DNA of 62,000 nt, taken from Wallemia ichthyophaga EXF-994. Lineage: Eukaryota > Fungi > Basidiomycota. The position numbers were made by a program, and so were the translations under genes. The notes under the pieces are model-generated. The model searched no databases. It had not been told where the DNA came from and saw only the letters and a program-made list of their open reading frames with translations. Of this stretch, positions 48,001-60,700 are shown piece by piece; position 1 is the first letter of the stretch, and every line of letters begins with the position of its first letter. The stretch covers positions 20,001-82,000 of the forward strand of contig NW_008806283.1 in assembly GCF_000400465.1 (NCBI RefSeq). The letters are read 5' to 3'.

Positions 48001-49768
48001 GCTTCCATCAAACCACCGACGGCGCCAGTCATCTCCATGGCCATTGACTCGTTTTCTTGATCATCCTCACTAATACCACTGTCGCTCTCGTTGATATGGT
48101 TCTTTGTCTCATTGACACTCTTCTCGGCCTCCATCAAGCCACCGACGGCGCCGGTCATCTCCATGGCCATAGATTCGTTGTTATGGGTAGTATTACTAGC
48201 TAGTGACATATCAGCAACTGAGTTATTGTCGTGATGGTGGTTATTAGCTTTTTCTCCGTTTTCCTCATGGTCATCTTCCTCTCTCCTCTCTCCACCCAAC
48301 ATACCTCCAACAGCCTGGGTCATTTCCATCGTCATAGACCCGTCGGCTATCTTATGTGCGGTGGAGTCATTGCGATCAATGTGGGTTATAGCAGCTTTGG
48401 TGAGATCCATGTCGTCGTTGCTGTTACTCTTACTGGTATTGCTATCGCTATCATTATCGCTATCACTGCCGTTACCTAAGTGGTGCTGCATTGGTGCAGG
48501 TTCTGGAGGTGGGGGTTGCATTAGCATGTGCTGGTCAGCCTCTTCATCATCACTGCTACTGCTACTGCTGTTATCAACACGTCCGCTGACACTCCTACTA
48601 CCCTCTGGCGAGCCCGAGTTCTGCTTAATGACGCTGCTGCGTCGATCTAGGCTCGATCTTCGTCTGCCTGTTTCGAAGTGAGGTAATTTGGGCACACCGG
48701 CTTGGGACATGGACACGGTGAAGTCCATAGTGGTGTCTGCTTCATCTTCACTGGAGGAGGAGGAGGAGTTCTTCTCGTTATCCTCGTTGTTGTCCACATT
48801 GGTGTTGCCGTCGTTGTCGTTCTTCTCGGATGCTGTGGGTGAGAGAGTGAATTGTGGGAGTTGCATGGGTGGTTGGGGTGGTAATGCAACAGGTTCTGCT
48901 GCTGTGAGTGGAATTGGAGATGATTTATTGCTCTGTGATGATAATCTGGGTGATTTACGCGTAGGCGAATGGGATATAACCTTTTTTGGTAAATTTTGGG
49001 GTGATTTCGGAGACTTGGGTGACTTCTTGGGTGACTTCTTGGGTGACTTCTTGGGTGAGTTTTTTGGCGACTTGTTGTCATCACTCTTACTAAACACGTG
49101 ACCAACAGCCTCAGTAAGATCCATTTGCATAGTATTGTCCTCTGCGTCGTTCGCGTCTTGTGTTGGACCATCATCAGACTCAGTATCAGAGCCATCAAGC
49201 GGTCTTTTTCTCTCAAAAGCTTTCTTAAACGCGTGAGTGACGTCTTGAGTAGCTATGGACATGTCAGAGGTGTCTGAATCTTGGTTTTCTTGTGGGTGAT
49301 GATCCTGTGGATGATGTTGGGATTTTTTAGGGGATGGAGACCTGCGTGGGCTAGAAGAGGCCTGTTTATTGCCCTCTTCATCTTCAAACAAACGTATGAA
49401 GCAATGGCTTGCGAATGAGACTCTGCGACTCGCTTCAGATTTCCTAGGTGCTGCGTGCTTGACAGGATTCTGCGGGAGTTCCTCCTCCTCGTCTGAATCT
49501 GGTGGTGGCTGTGGTTTGAGAATTGAGCGGCGTGGTTTCTAGCGTGTGTGAGTGGTGGTGGTAGATATCAAAGCAAACCACGCACAGCCTTCCTCCTTGC
49601 TAATTTCGTGGGTGTAAGTTCAGCGTCTGAATCTGATTCTTGGTGGTCATCTCCGCTGCCATCTCCGTGGTTACCACCGCTACCACCCAGACTCTTGGAA
49701 CGCAGCTTCCTATTCTCCTTATTTTCCTTGTTGTTTAGATACGTCGTCGACTTTCTACGCGAGTCCAT
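45024..49768 (-). CDS. SPC105: Kinetochore scaffold Spc105/Spc7/KNL1
   Basis: RRSILK and RRVSF PP1 motifs (49400-49540, missed by the track), about 7 MELT-like repeats (MDLTEAVG, MEMTQAVGG, MEMTGAVGG), Spc7 coiled coil (LEMMYWCCHELKRYI, A.RVWYGWR) and RWD-like C-terminus; three introns. Confidence 0.92.
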
Positions 49769-49872
49769 CTCTCTTCGCCTTCACGCGTCGCGTAACGTCG
49801 TCGTTATCGCACAAGGAAAACCGAAATGGAAATTAAAGTAAAAATAATAAAAATAAATACAATTTACTAAAA

Positions 49873-51018
49873 TTAAGACAACGGATCATTAAAAATTTCA
49901 TTCAGTTCATTCATTTGCGGTAGATCATTCGGCATGTTAAAGTCTAAGAATGAGTCGTGGTGTTCTGAAGGTGGTGGTGGTTGAGTGGGTGGATTAGGAG
50001 GGTTACTTGAAGGTGCTGGTGTGTTTCCTGTATTTCCTGTATTTCCTGTATTTCCTGCGTTACCGCTGCTACCAGAATTCCCTATACCTCCTACACCACC
50101 TACACCACTCGCACTCGGCTGCTCCGCGCTGCTTGGAGTGCTGTTATGTTGCTGGTTATCGATATTCGCCAATATCTCACTTGGTGTGATGGCAGGCGAC
50201 TGATTCTCCTGCGATGGCGTCGCTCCTCCGTCGTCGTTATTGAACGATTCATCATCATCCTCCCTGGACCTCCTCTTCTTATTAATCCGCTTGTTCTGTC
50301 TGGTTACGCGCTGCTTGGGCGATTCGTCCGCTGGCGAGTATCCGTTAATTTGTGGCTGGTAGTGTGATGTGTGTTGGGCGTGTTGGGCTTGCTGTTGCTG
50401 TTGCTGAGCTTGTGCCTGCGCTTGTGCCTGTGCATGCGCTTGCACTTGTGCCTGCACTTGTGCATGCTGCAAATGGGGTGATGGTTGTGGATGGTGGCCT
50501 GGCATCGGTGGGGGCGGCATAGACGGCATTCCCATACCCATACCCATCCCCAAATTCACATTCATTCCAGGTCTCATCATTGGCGTGTTGTTTGGGTTCG
50601 GTGTATGCTGGGCATTGTTGTGTGCATTCGGCGTTCCATTTACTCCTCCTGGTCCCCCTGCTCCTCCTGCTCCACTCGCTCCTCCTACGCCCCCGGCATT
50701 TGGATGCCCCGGATATGGCCGTGGCTGTACCCTCTGCTTCATCATGTACTTCTTCTGTGAAATATCATACCGCTGTTGGAGATTATAGTTTATTTCATAG
50801 TAATTCGGTGATCTAAATTGATTTTGATACTGCAGCTCAAGATTTATCATAAACCATTCAAATAGATATGATTTCGGTGTATCTATCTTAACCGTAGGCT
50901 CTGGCAGCGCATTTTGTATCGGCTTCGATTGAGTTTCCGCGAGGAACTGCTGGGCTGTTTTGACTAAATTATTTTTATACAGATAGTCATATATGTAGCC
51001 ATTTAGTTCTTGATTCAT
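49873..51018 (-). CDS. LisH/LUFS-domain Q/P-rich transcriptional regulator (Flo8/Mss11/SSDP-like)
   Basis: ELNGYIYDYLYKNNL.KTA..F...IDTP.SYLFEWF followed by Q/A/P/G-rich low complexity and a basic NLS-like KKRR. Confidence 0.7.
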   Translation of the reverse strand: MNQELNGYIYDYLYKNNLVKTAQQFLAETQSKPIQNALPEPTVKIDTPKSYLFEWFMINLELQYQNQFRSPNYYEINYNLQQRYDISQKKYMMKQRVQPRPYPGHPNAGGVGGASGAGGAGGPGGVNGTPNAHNNAQHTPNPNNTPMMRPGMNVNLGMGMGMGMPSMPPPPMPGHHPQPSPHLQHAQVQAQVQAHAQAQAQAQAQQQQQQAQHAQHTSHYQPQINGYSPADESPKQRVTRQNKRINKKRRSREDDDESFNNDDGGATPSQENQSPAITPSEILANIDNQQHNSTPSSAEQPSASGVGGVGGIGNSGSSGNAGNTGNTGNTGNTPAPSSNPPNPPTQPPPPSEHHDSFLDFNMPNDLPQMNELNEIFNDPLS

Positions 51019-51692
51019 TGAGGCAATCTGGGTGTAGGTGGGTGATCGCTCTTGATGGTTCTTGGTCAAGTGTACAAATAATTGTTTGGGGGCTGAATTT
51101 CGAGGCTATGGGTAGCTAGTAAGGCTTGCAGTAATCGCAAACTTCTAAAATCCTTACATCTCCACTTTCTCACCCGATTCGGCGCCGTTTTCAACTGCTC
51201 GGAGGTCGGACGAGCATGACGAAATCGTACTGAATATAGACACATAAACAAACACACAAATATACAAAATACTTATACAGACTTGCAAACTCTATGCCGT
51301 TTTCATACTTCGGTAGCACTTGCTGATATCGTTCGGATTTGTGGAGGTGTTCGAGTGGAGTACGTTGAGTCGTTGGATCTTGTTTAGTCGACTGCACGGG
51401 AGGCTGGAGAGTGAAATTAATGCACACACACATACACAGCACGCAGCATACAGTACAAGAAAAGTGTAGCAAAAAAATCATGTATACGAGTAAGTTTAGG
51501 TTTAAGTGCAACTTTCAGTGCAAGTCTGTCCCTCCTCCTGAAGAACTGAGCTTGCAAATGCCAAACAGAGTTGAGTGAGAGAGAAAATGGCAGCGTCCGA
51601 GATTTGTACAGATGAAAACGAGGCGATGAGCTGATGAACTGCTGAGAAGAGCAGAGAGAATGAAAAGAATCTAATAAAATCACAACACCACT

Positions 51693-52931
51693 CTACTGCG
51701 TTGGATTGTAATACGCCATTGTAGCGTTCCCCGCGTTAGGATCGGTTGGGTTAGAATTGGCGACGATATCGTCCGTGGCGAGCGCGAGCAGGCGAGACTG
51801 AAGACTCCCTGCATCCATATCGCCTTCGTTGCTAATAAGGGTAGCGAGCAACCCGCTCACGATAGGTGCCGACATGCTACTACCGCTGAGGTAGAGGGTA
51901 GCCTGATCGTCTGCGTTACCCGCCGACAGAATATCGACACCAGGAGCGTAAAGACCGACGCAATCCCCATAGCTCGAGAACGGAGCACGAGTGTCGTCGA
52001 TATTGGACGCTGCCACCGTGATAGCGGAGCTGACTCTGGCTGGCGACGAAGCGCAAGCGTCTTCATTATAATTACCAGAAGCAACTACGAAATGAACTCC
52101 GGCGGCAGTAGCGCTGCTTACGATGCTATCCATAGCATTGCTCGCAGGGCCTCCAAGACTGAGAGAAGCAATGCTAGGTCTGTCAGAGTTCTTAGCAGCA
52201 TTTGCCGCCCAATTAACACCAGCGAGTACATCACTCGCCTTGCCTTGCCCATCAGCGTTGAGAACCTTGACGCTGATCAGCGACGCTTCTTTCGCCGTCC
52301 CGTAGGTGGCACCGCCGATGAGGGCGGCGACGTGCGTACCGTGGTGCACCTGGTCCGTGCCATCGCCTGATGTGCCGTTGTAGCCATAAGATGCGCGGCC
52401 GCCGAATTCGGTGTGCGATGTACGGATGCCTGTGTCGATCACATACACATCCACTCCAGCTCCCGCGCCAGTCCAGCTGTATGTGTAGTCTTGCGCATGG
52501 GGCGACGCATCCGCTGGCAGTGCATTGCGCTGGTTTACCCGCTGCAGATTCCACGTCGCATCGCTCTGCGTCGCGTACGCTTCAACTGGCACATCCTCCT
52601 CCATGTCGGCTATGTCTGCGAGGAGGGTGTCGAATAGGTTGCCGAGCAGCTGCAAAGGTGTGTTAGAATTTTTCTGTAGTGCGCAGCAATTTCAACTCAC
52701 CCCACTTCCCATAGACAGGGCGTAGCCGTTGAAAAAACCATCGTACTTGTGGTTGATGGTGCTGTGCTCTCCGAGTAGCCCCTCGAGCATGCTATAGTGG
52801 GCATTTTGGTCGGTGTCTTCTTTGAAACTCATTATGTAGTTCCCTTCACTCACTCCTCCGCCAAGGCTCAGGCTGTCGAGAAGACTGGCACTGGCAGCGG
52901 CTGCGAGTGTGAGGATGAATGGAATGCGCAT
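51693..52931 (-). CDS. Secreted subtilisin-like serine protease (S8A, proteinase K type) with I9 propeptide
   Basis: Signal MRIPFILTLAAAASA; I9-like YIMSFK; triad VIDTG / HGTHVA / GSSMSAP; oxyanion ASGN; one intron near 52652-52707. Confidence 0.9.
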
Positions 52932-53195
52932 CGGTTGTTTCTGATGTTTTGAAGGGAGTAATGGAAGCAATGGGAGCAATACGAGCAATATCAGTAATTC
53001 AATTAAACCGCAGTGCAATTTAACCGAACCAGCCGTCACGTCACGTATTAATTTTATCCTTATTGGGAAAGTGATATGCATAATAAATAAGGCGTGAGCA
53101 GCGCTAGATGTTTCCAAGCGTGATTTGGAGGTATCCTATATGGTGCTGCGGAAACAGGAAAAACTTCACTACAATGCTTGCAAAGACAACAATTC

Positions 53196-53572
53196 TCACA
53201 CAGTCGAACCGAGACCCACGATTCCCATTGGTACCGCAAACCCCTTGGCTTGGCCACTGCCCTGGATTTGTCTCTTCTGACGGTATTGATCATGTTGTGC
53301 GCCAGGAGCATCCATCCAGCTATGAGGGACGGGCGCACCATTAGTTCCGGATGCTCCCGATACCTCCGACTTTCCAAACAACTTCTTCAATTTGAGTATA
53401 AATTTGCTCGGTTTCTTCCAAGTAGTCGTTGGTGGATCGACGTTGTCTTAATATTTCCCTCAAGTCAGAAACGAAACATCAACACAAAAACACACCTACA
53501 ATTAACGTAATAGTATCGATTAGTAGTGTAGTCAAATAATTTATTCCATCCAGCGGGCAGTGAAGGTGACAT
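53196..53572 (-). CDS. Small WW-domain protein (107 aa, Wwm1-like WW), two exons
   Basis: MSPSLPAGWNKLFDYTTNRYYYVN|YNVDPPTTTWKKP; intron 53447-53499 (GTAGGT...TAAG); spliced length 324 nt, open to the stop at 53196. Confidence 0.8.
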
Positions 53573-53585
53573 TAGCGGTGTTGAA

Positions 53586-55325
53586 TTATACGAGAGAAGA
53601 TGAACGTTCGGTGATGACGAAAGGTTCTGGTGAGATGGGCGAGTTGACGCCTGAGGTGTAATCGAAGAAGGTGGTGTTGGTGTTATTATGACCGCTGAGA
53701 TCCAGTCTCGGTGGGACATGCACACCTCTCCTGACTTCCTCCGCCAGCAGCAGAGTCTCTTCCGTAGAATCAGGCTGCTTGTTGTAACGCGGTGGGCCTT
53801 CCTCATCCTCCACCTGCGTCCCTTCGTCCGTGTACAGCTGGCTATATGCGGGCAACTGTGAGGGTGGAAGGAGACCTTTGCTTTTGAGTAGAGCCAAGCG
53901 CTGCGCTTGCACTTCGAGCATGCTATCGTTCGAGCGTCTGCTGAACCACACCGGTATGGTAATGTCAATGCTCTCCCCCCGCCATTCACCGTCTCCGGGA
54001 ATCTTGCGCACAATATTGAGTATAAGCCGCAGCGCGTGTCTTATTTTTACATACGGCGTCTCGCAGTCAGGGTAAGGGGATGAGGTGGCAGCGTGTGAGT
54101 GTGAATGTGGGTGCTTGTCCGAGTCAGTTTCAGTGTTGTTGTGTAGCTCCTGACCCTTTGTCTGACCTCCCTCACGCTCCCCCTTGGTGGGCATGGGCAA
54201 GGTGAGGGCGATGCGTGCGGTGAGCTTCCCCCCAATATCTACGCCCTCCTCACCGAACGTATGCGTCGCAAAAGCCGCTGTGGCAGGCGGGGGACCTACG
54301 CCACGTGCGACTAGGCGTGAGCGCGTGTAGGATGTGGGGACACTGCTTATCCCAAGCGTGTTAGCTATATCGCTCAGCGCGTGTTCCTGGTATGCGTGAG
54401 CAAACGGGATGAGTGGGTATTGCGGTGGTTGGCATTGTGGGAGCGGGTATGTGGCTAGATAGCGTTGACGTGGTTCTGAAGTGTAGTGTATCTCCTCGAT
54501 GCAGCCAAGTTGGAGACTTTCGAGACGCGCCTGTGTCGCGTGACCATTTCCATTTCCATTTCCACCTGCATTGCGCCTGCTCCCATTATCACCGCTTTCA
54601 CAATTATCGCCCTCCTCATCACTCACAAGCCCCGTAAATATATCCAACTTGAGCTCGTCGTCGTCGGTGAAATACCACATGGGCGTCTTGATCCCAATAC
54701 GCACGGGTTTGAAGTCGCGTGTGTCGTGTGTGGGGCATTGCGACTTTATGTTGTGCACGCGTGAGCGGAGGTGCTGATTGCGGTGGCGGCTGATGAATAT
54801 CTCACACTCAGGCGCGAGCACAGTGTGTTTCTTGATGGAGTTGTTGAGAGGCCAGAGGAGCGAGTTGCGTTTGTTCTCAGCAGCTTCAACGGTGGACTCC
54901 ATCTTTGCGAATAAGGAGTAAGAGGTACGTGAGGATGGCAGGGACATACTTGGTGGCAGCCAGCCATTCAAACGTAGATCAAAGACGACAGAAACGTTGA
55001 TTGGGTGTTCTGAGTCATTCTCGAAAGTGGAAGGCTCGCTGCCCCGCTTAATGATCTGGTCAGAATTGTGAGCTAGGCGGTGAGAACTGAGTCTGCCTTC
55101 AGCATCGCTGTACTGGGAGCAGCCTTGGAAGGTGACAGAGAGCGAGTGTATCCGGAGCTTCTTGCGCTGTAGAGGAGGGATAGAAATGATTATATTGCCA
55201 GAAAGGCTGTACTGCGAGCACGTTCTGGTGGTTCCATGCATGCTGATATGATTCGAATCAGGGATGAGGCTGATATTCATGTTGGGTGGATTGCTTGGGT
55301 TGTTATAATACGAGAACTCATACAT
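53586..55325 (-). CDS. Arrestin-like (ART-type) adaptor with PY motifs
   Basis: YSLSGNIII, LSVTFQG, VFDLRL.GWLPPS, SYSLFA arrestin-N-like strands; PPQY, LPAY and PPRY motifs. Confidence 0.65.
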   Translation of the reverse strand: MYEFSYYNNPSNPPNMNISLIPDSNHISMHGTTRTCSQYSLSGNIIISIPPLQRKKLRIHSLSVTFQGCSQYSDAEGRLSSHRLAHNSDQIIKRGSEPSTFENDSEHPINVSVVFDLRLNGWLPPSMSLPSSRTSYSLFAKMESTVEAAENKRNSLLWPLNNSIKKHTVLAPECEIFISRHRNQHLRSRVHNIKSQCPTHDTRDFKPVRIGIKTPMWYFTDDDELKLDIFTGLVSDEEGDNCESGDNGSRRNAGGNGNGNGHATQARLESLQLGCIEEIHYTSEPRQRYLATYPLPQCQPPQYPLIPFAHAYQEHALSDIANTLGISSVPTSYTRSRLVARGVGPPPATAAFATHTFGEEGVDIGGKLTARIALTLPMPTKGEREGGQTKGQELHNNTETDSDKHPHSHSHAATSSPYPDCETPYVKIRHALRLILNIVRKIPGDGEWRGESIDITIPVWFSRRSNDSMLEVQAQRLALLKSKGLLPPSQLPAYSQLYTDEGTQVEDEEGPPRYNKQPDSTEETLLLAEEVRRGVHVPPRLDLSGHNNTNTTFFDYTSGVNSPISPEPFVITERSSSLV

Positions 55326-55556
55326 AAGATAAATAAATCAGCCAAGCGCGTGCTGACAGCTATGCACGCGTCGACAGCCCATACGTACGTCAACCAATCT
55401 CCGCGTTGACAGCGAGATTGGAATTTAAAATAACAGTGTACAATACACATACGATTTATTTGAGTGAAATAATTTTCATTTTCAGAGCCACAGCCATGGC
55501 CCTATTAGCGTGTCTCTCACCCACTCAGCCAACACAAAAAAACTCAAACAAACGCA

Positions 55557-56291
<735 letters not shown>

Positions 56292-56413
56292 GTTAAATAC
56301 ACTTTATACCCTCTTTTCTTTCCATTCTCACAAATTTTCACAATATTCAATCTTTTAATCTTTTTTTGTTAAATGATTACATTCTAATATTCTTATTTAA
56401 CACATTATAAAGC

Positions 56414-56707
56414 CTACACGGCTCTTTCTTTCGCTGACATGGCCTGGATTACATGTTAGCTGGTCATAGCTACCGTAAGACAACCCACCTCCATCTTCTC
56501 TCTCTCCTTTCTATTGTGATCCACTTTCCTCTTAAGATCTGGCGACAGCTTGTTGTACAGCTCCTCGTCGCTCGGCGTGAGTCCAACCATCAATCCATAT
56601 CCACTTCCCATGACTTTTGGCAATAAGCAACAAACACACAGCACACAGCTTACCCACTCACTCACGCTACTCCAGAATGCCCAACGTCCCCAAGCTATTT
56701 TAACCAT
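56414..56707 (-). CDS. CBP4: Cytochrome b / complex III assembly factor Cbp4-like
   Basis: Spliced MVKIAWGRWAFWSSVIMGSGYGLMVGLTPSDEELYNKLSPDLKRKVD...; a TM helix followed by the TP(S/T)DE.L...LSP.L motif. Confidence 0.7.
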
Positions 56708-56752
56708 TTGAGCGTATCAGATGAGGGTAATTTGTACACGCTATCAAATCAT

Positions 56753-57577
56753 TTATCTTGTTTGTACCTTTGCAAGCTCAACGATTGCAGCTCTAGCGAC
56801 AATATGGTCAAGTAAGCCACTTGGGAGGCCAGAGATGGATACTGCCCCAATTGGTCCAGCCACTCCCTTGATATTGATGGGAAATGAACCACCATCTGCG
56901 CTGAAAGACGGGAACTTATTCTCTGTAAATGCATTCATTGTATTCGTCGCCTTCACTTTCATCTTCTCCTGCGACTCCTTAATACGCAAATTGCGCATGA
57001 CAACACGCCCAGTTGGCCCATCTTCAAACACCACCGATGGGAAAACCGCAGAAATGAGATCTTGCAGCTCCTTCCTCGTCATGACTTTAACGCCTGTAAA
57101 ATTCATAAACTGCTGGTACGCCTCGACAAATTCAGTGAGGGGTACTGCGCTGTCACCGTTGAGATCCTCGCACAGAAGCGCATTGAGATACTCAGTGCTA
57201 CGTGCTGGTTCCGAGTTTATCCCTCTTATCACTCCAATTTCCCCATCGGGAAGTGTGTACCTTCCAACGGCGTGGTGCTTCGCTATCAGCGCTTGTCCGT
57301 AGAGATAAGACGACTGGTGGTATTTCTTGCTGATTGCAAGCTTGCCATTCAGCCAATCGTAGTTGGCTGGCGTCACCTCACCGAGAACCCCAGAAGCCAA
57401 CTCTATCCCGTTGAACAAACGCACCGCAAACACTATCCCACTCCCCTCAAAGTTGAAACTGCGGATCGTGTCGGCGATGAACCACGCATCGACACTGTCG
57501 AATTTGTTCAGCGCTATCTTGTCATCTGCTTTCAGTTGCGCGAGTGTTGGGTTGTATTGCTGCTGCTTTACATTCAT
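56753..57577 (-). CDS. UPF0303 / DUF336 (GlcG-HbpS-like) protein with an internal insertion of about 110 aa
   Basis: FDSVDAWFI, NYDWL.GK....Y..SSY, GGSFPINI, GAVSISGLP...DH flank an extra segment; intronless. Confidence 0.7.
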   Translation of the reverse strand: MNVKQQQYNPTLAQLKADDKIALNKFDSVDAWFIADTIRSFNFEGSGIVFAVRLFNGIELASGVLGEVTPANYDWLNGKLAISKKYHQSSYLYGQALIAKHHAVGRYTLPDGEIGVIRGINSEPARSTEYLNALLCEDLNGDSAVPLTEFVEAYQQFMNFTGVKVMTRKELQDLISAVFPSVVFEDGPTGRVVMRNLRIKESQEKMKVKATNTMNAFTENKFPSFSADGGSFPINIKGVAGPIGAVSISGLPSGLLDHIVARAAIVELAKVQTR

Positions 57578-57756
57578 TGCTGTGGAAAGTGAGTGTGTGG
57601 AGTGATGCGTCTTCTGAGTTTGTGTGTGAGTGTGCGTTATGAACAGGTGATGTGGGCACGTCCACCACTACTGATAAGCTATCGTTACCCGAGCAACCCG
57701 ACGAGTGAACCCAACTTAGAAAAAATAAATGAATATCAATTGGCTAACAAAAGTCC

Positions 57757-60700
57757 TTAGTTGTAAACTTGTAATGGATGTAAATGATCGGCATTAAAGA
57801 GGAAATTACCAGACATGTCCTCGGCTATTTGTAATCTCGTTAGCACACATATAATATCTTTATTATCCACTCACTCTCTAAAAACTTGGTAGGGTACACC
57901 ACCAAATTCCCCTTGAGCCGATTAAGCAGCTTCTCCATTGCGTCGATTTCACTCCTCGTATACCCTCCAGATTCAGCCGTCATACTTCCATTACGCATAT
58001 TTCTCCGGCTTCTCTGTGGCTTTTGCGCATGTGTATCGTCTTCCCCATTACTCCCACTACCCGCACTCGTCATCCCATTCAAATACTTAGAAGACGTCCC
58101 GCTGTTTGACCTCTCCATACTCTCCTCCACGATCGGCTTCTTGTGTTTCTCAGCCATCATGCTGAAGTTCTTGAACTGCCTCCAAGTAGTCACCGTATCA
58201 TCTGGCGTGCAATGGAACACTTTGCGATAGATTTCCGTGTTATATATCGCTGAAGCTATCCAAATGTCCTCAAAGAATTCCTCCGAACACGGATCCACAA
58301 AACTATCCTTATCGAAATCTGGTCCTAGGAATGGCATAGAATAGGTATTGCCTCTTGTCAGTGCCTGCGTCGATCTCCTACTGCGGCGCTCGTTCGTTAT
58401 CGCCGAACTAGTAGTACTGAATCCTCTCGACCGAGTCCGCCTCTCAAGGTTACTGCCACCGCTCTTGTCAGCCGCAGATACAGCCTCCCCATTCTCACGT
58501 TTATCCGCTTGGTCCTGCTCCACCTTTTTCGCTATACTCCCATCTTCCGCCATCTCCCCCTTGATTTCGTGATAAGACTTTTTTAGCGCACTCTGCAACC
58601 TGTCTATTGGATCAGTTATTTGCAGATCCTCTGCTGCTACATTAGTAGGGTGTCTGTCGTCCTTTGTATGCACGTGGTCGTGCTCAGGCGCCCAGTAATT
58701 AGTTCCTTCAGTATTTGCGATCCCTGGCGTGTTAGGATCGGTTGGTCCAGCTGGGGGTGCTGAATTTGTTGATTCAGCTGCTGCTGCTTCTGCTGCTCTC
58801 CCCTTAGCCATCTGCTCATTCATATGAAGGTCGTCGACATCAATACCGAGATGCTCTCTCATCAATCTTATTCTCAAAGTGTGATTAAATCTCCCAACTT
58901 TGTACGGTCTGCCAGCCATCTCTGAATCTATCATATCAGTGTCGCGGATAATGGAAGCTAACTCCGAATCTCTGTCACCGCGCTGACTGCGCTCGTTGAT
59001 ATTTGCACTTCCTATTATTGTCAATCGATCATCGACAGTCATCGTCTTGGCGTGAATGTAAAGAATCTCCGAAGTGAGGTTACCTGATTTGAATTTACCC
59101 CAGTTGCGCAAACTGAAGAAGGTTATGTAGTCGTCAGGATCAATACCCTCCTTGCGAAGTCTAGCAAAGATCGATTGTGCACCGCGACAGATGGATCTGT
59201 TCTGACAGTCAACGATCAGTCTTACAGATGAAGCTGCAGGGTTGTCTACCGACTGGGAATAGCCTGGCATGAGAGGAATAATGATACAGGCCCTCCACGT
59301 TGTGTTCTCGCGATGTGCGCGAATGATGCGGTTCACTAAAGCATCCCCAATCTGATTCTCAATCACTGTAGTATCCACAATGGTGGATGTAACAAAGAAT
59401 TGATTTTCGATATAGACAAAGTGTTCACTTTTCTGTATCGCCTTGACGTAGGCATTTTGAATCGAGTGCTCGATCTTATCAGGTGTTCCAATCGACCATG
59501 GTCCACAAGAGCGACATATTTGCATCTCGAGTGTACCATTCATCTTTTGCATTTCGAGATCACGGTTGCTGAGGTCGTTTGGTGGTAACAGGAAGGGAAG
59601 CTCGCGACTGTGGTGCTTTGTTCGCAAAAGATAGTTCCAGCGCTGAATGAAGTGGCGCGAAAGATCACGCGCTGGTTGACCAATAAGCTGCAAGCCCACA
59701 TCATGCCATGGCATGCGAGGCGTAGTGCTTCTATCGAACATATCCTCGTATGGCTTGTTGAGGTCGCGGAAATCAGATACACCTGGTATTGAAATAAGTT
59801 TGACATCAACACCATTTACTTTTCAACTTACGTGCATTCGAGTAGTCTTTTCCTGGCCAGATATATTCATCTCCGTTTTCACCTCCCTCATCGACACAAA
59901 TGTGCTGTGGAGTGTCCCATCTACCGAAACAAAGATCTAAGCCACCCATAAATACCATTGTCTGATCAACTACACATAGCTTTTCGTGGTGCGAGAAGTA
60001 CAATACACCTGTGGTGATATGTGAAGGAGATCTCTGAACCATGATGTTCTCATTCAACGAACGCAGTTTTTGTTTCGTGTAGTTTGAGTCGATAGGCGTA
60101 AACTCATTTGAGACTTCTCTATACACAATAACGTAAATTTTGACGCCTTCTGCTGCTTTCCTTTGAAGGAGATTTGTAAGGGTCCATTTAGGATGACCTG
60201 GCCTGCGCAGCTGCAGCTCAGGCGATAACCACCAATCGTGAATATATATACTTTCCCGGGCTAATGAAACTGCACGAGACAGCTGCCAGAAGTAGTCGCG
60301 TCCATCAATAAGCCATTGTGCACTGACGTTGAGACGAACTGGTGCGAATGAGTCAAATCTGTGAATCTTTGACCATAGTGTGTTATTTTTCATCATCATC
60401 ATGCTCTGGATAAACTGTTCCATTTGTCTTTCGTTTTTTGCTACGAGCTTCATCCTTCTTTCTGCATTGCGGATATAGAATGTGTGTGTTGAGGTATCTT
60501 TAGTCTTGCTCTTTTTCACTTCATTTGAGACGGCGAATTGAGGGTCAGAATCAACGGCATGCTCATTTATATTCTGCTGCTGCTGCTGCTCCAATCTAGC
60601 TTCCTCAACACTATCGTCACGATCATGTTCTTGTGAGCTTGATGGACGTGTTTCAGTGCTCTTCATCGTATCTAACCTGGAATCCTTAGGTTGAGAAACT

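Noticed and set aside
51693-52931. Subtilisin as the dedicated processing protease for the peptide array
   Set aside because: It is proteinase-K type with no P-domain or TM anchor, so not a kexin; proximity (about 7 kb) alone is weak.
53573-53588. Stop-codon readthrough fusing the arrestin to the WW domain
   Set aside because: The gap is 13 nt (out of frame) and there is no usable splice acceptor before the WW ATG.
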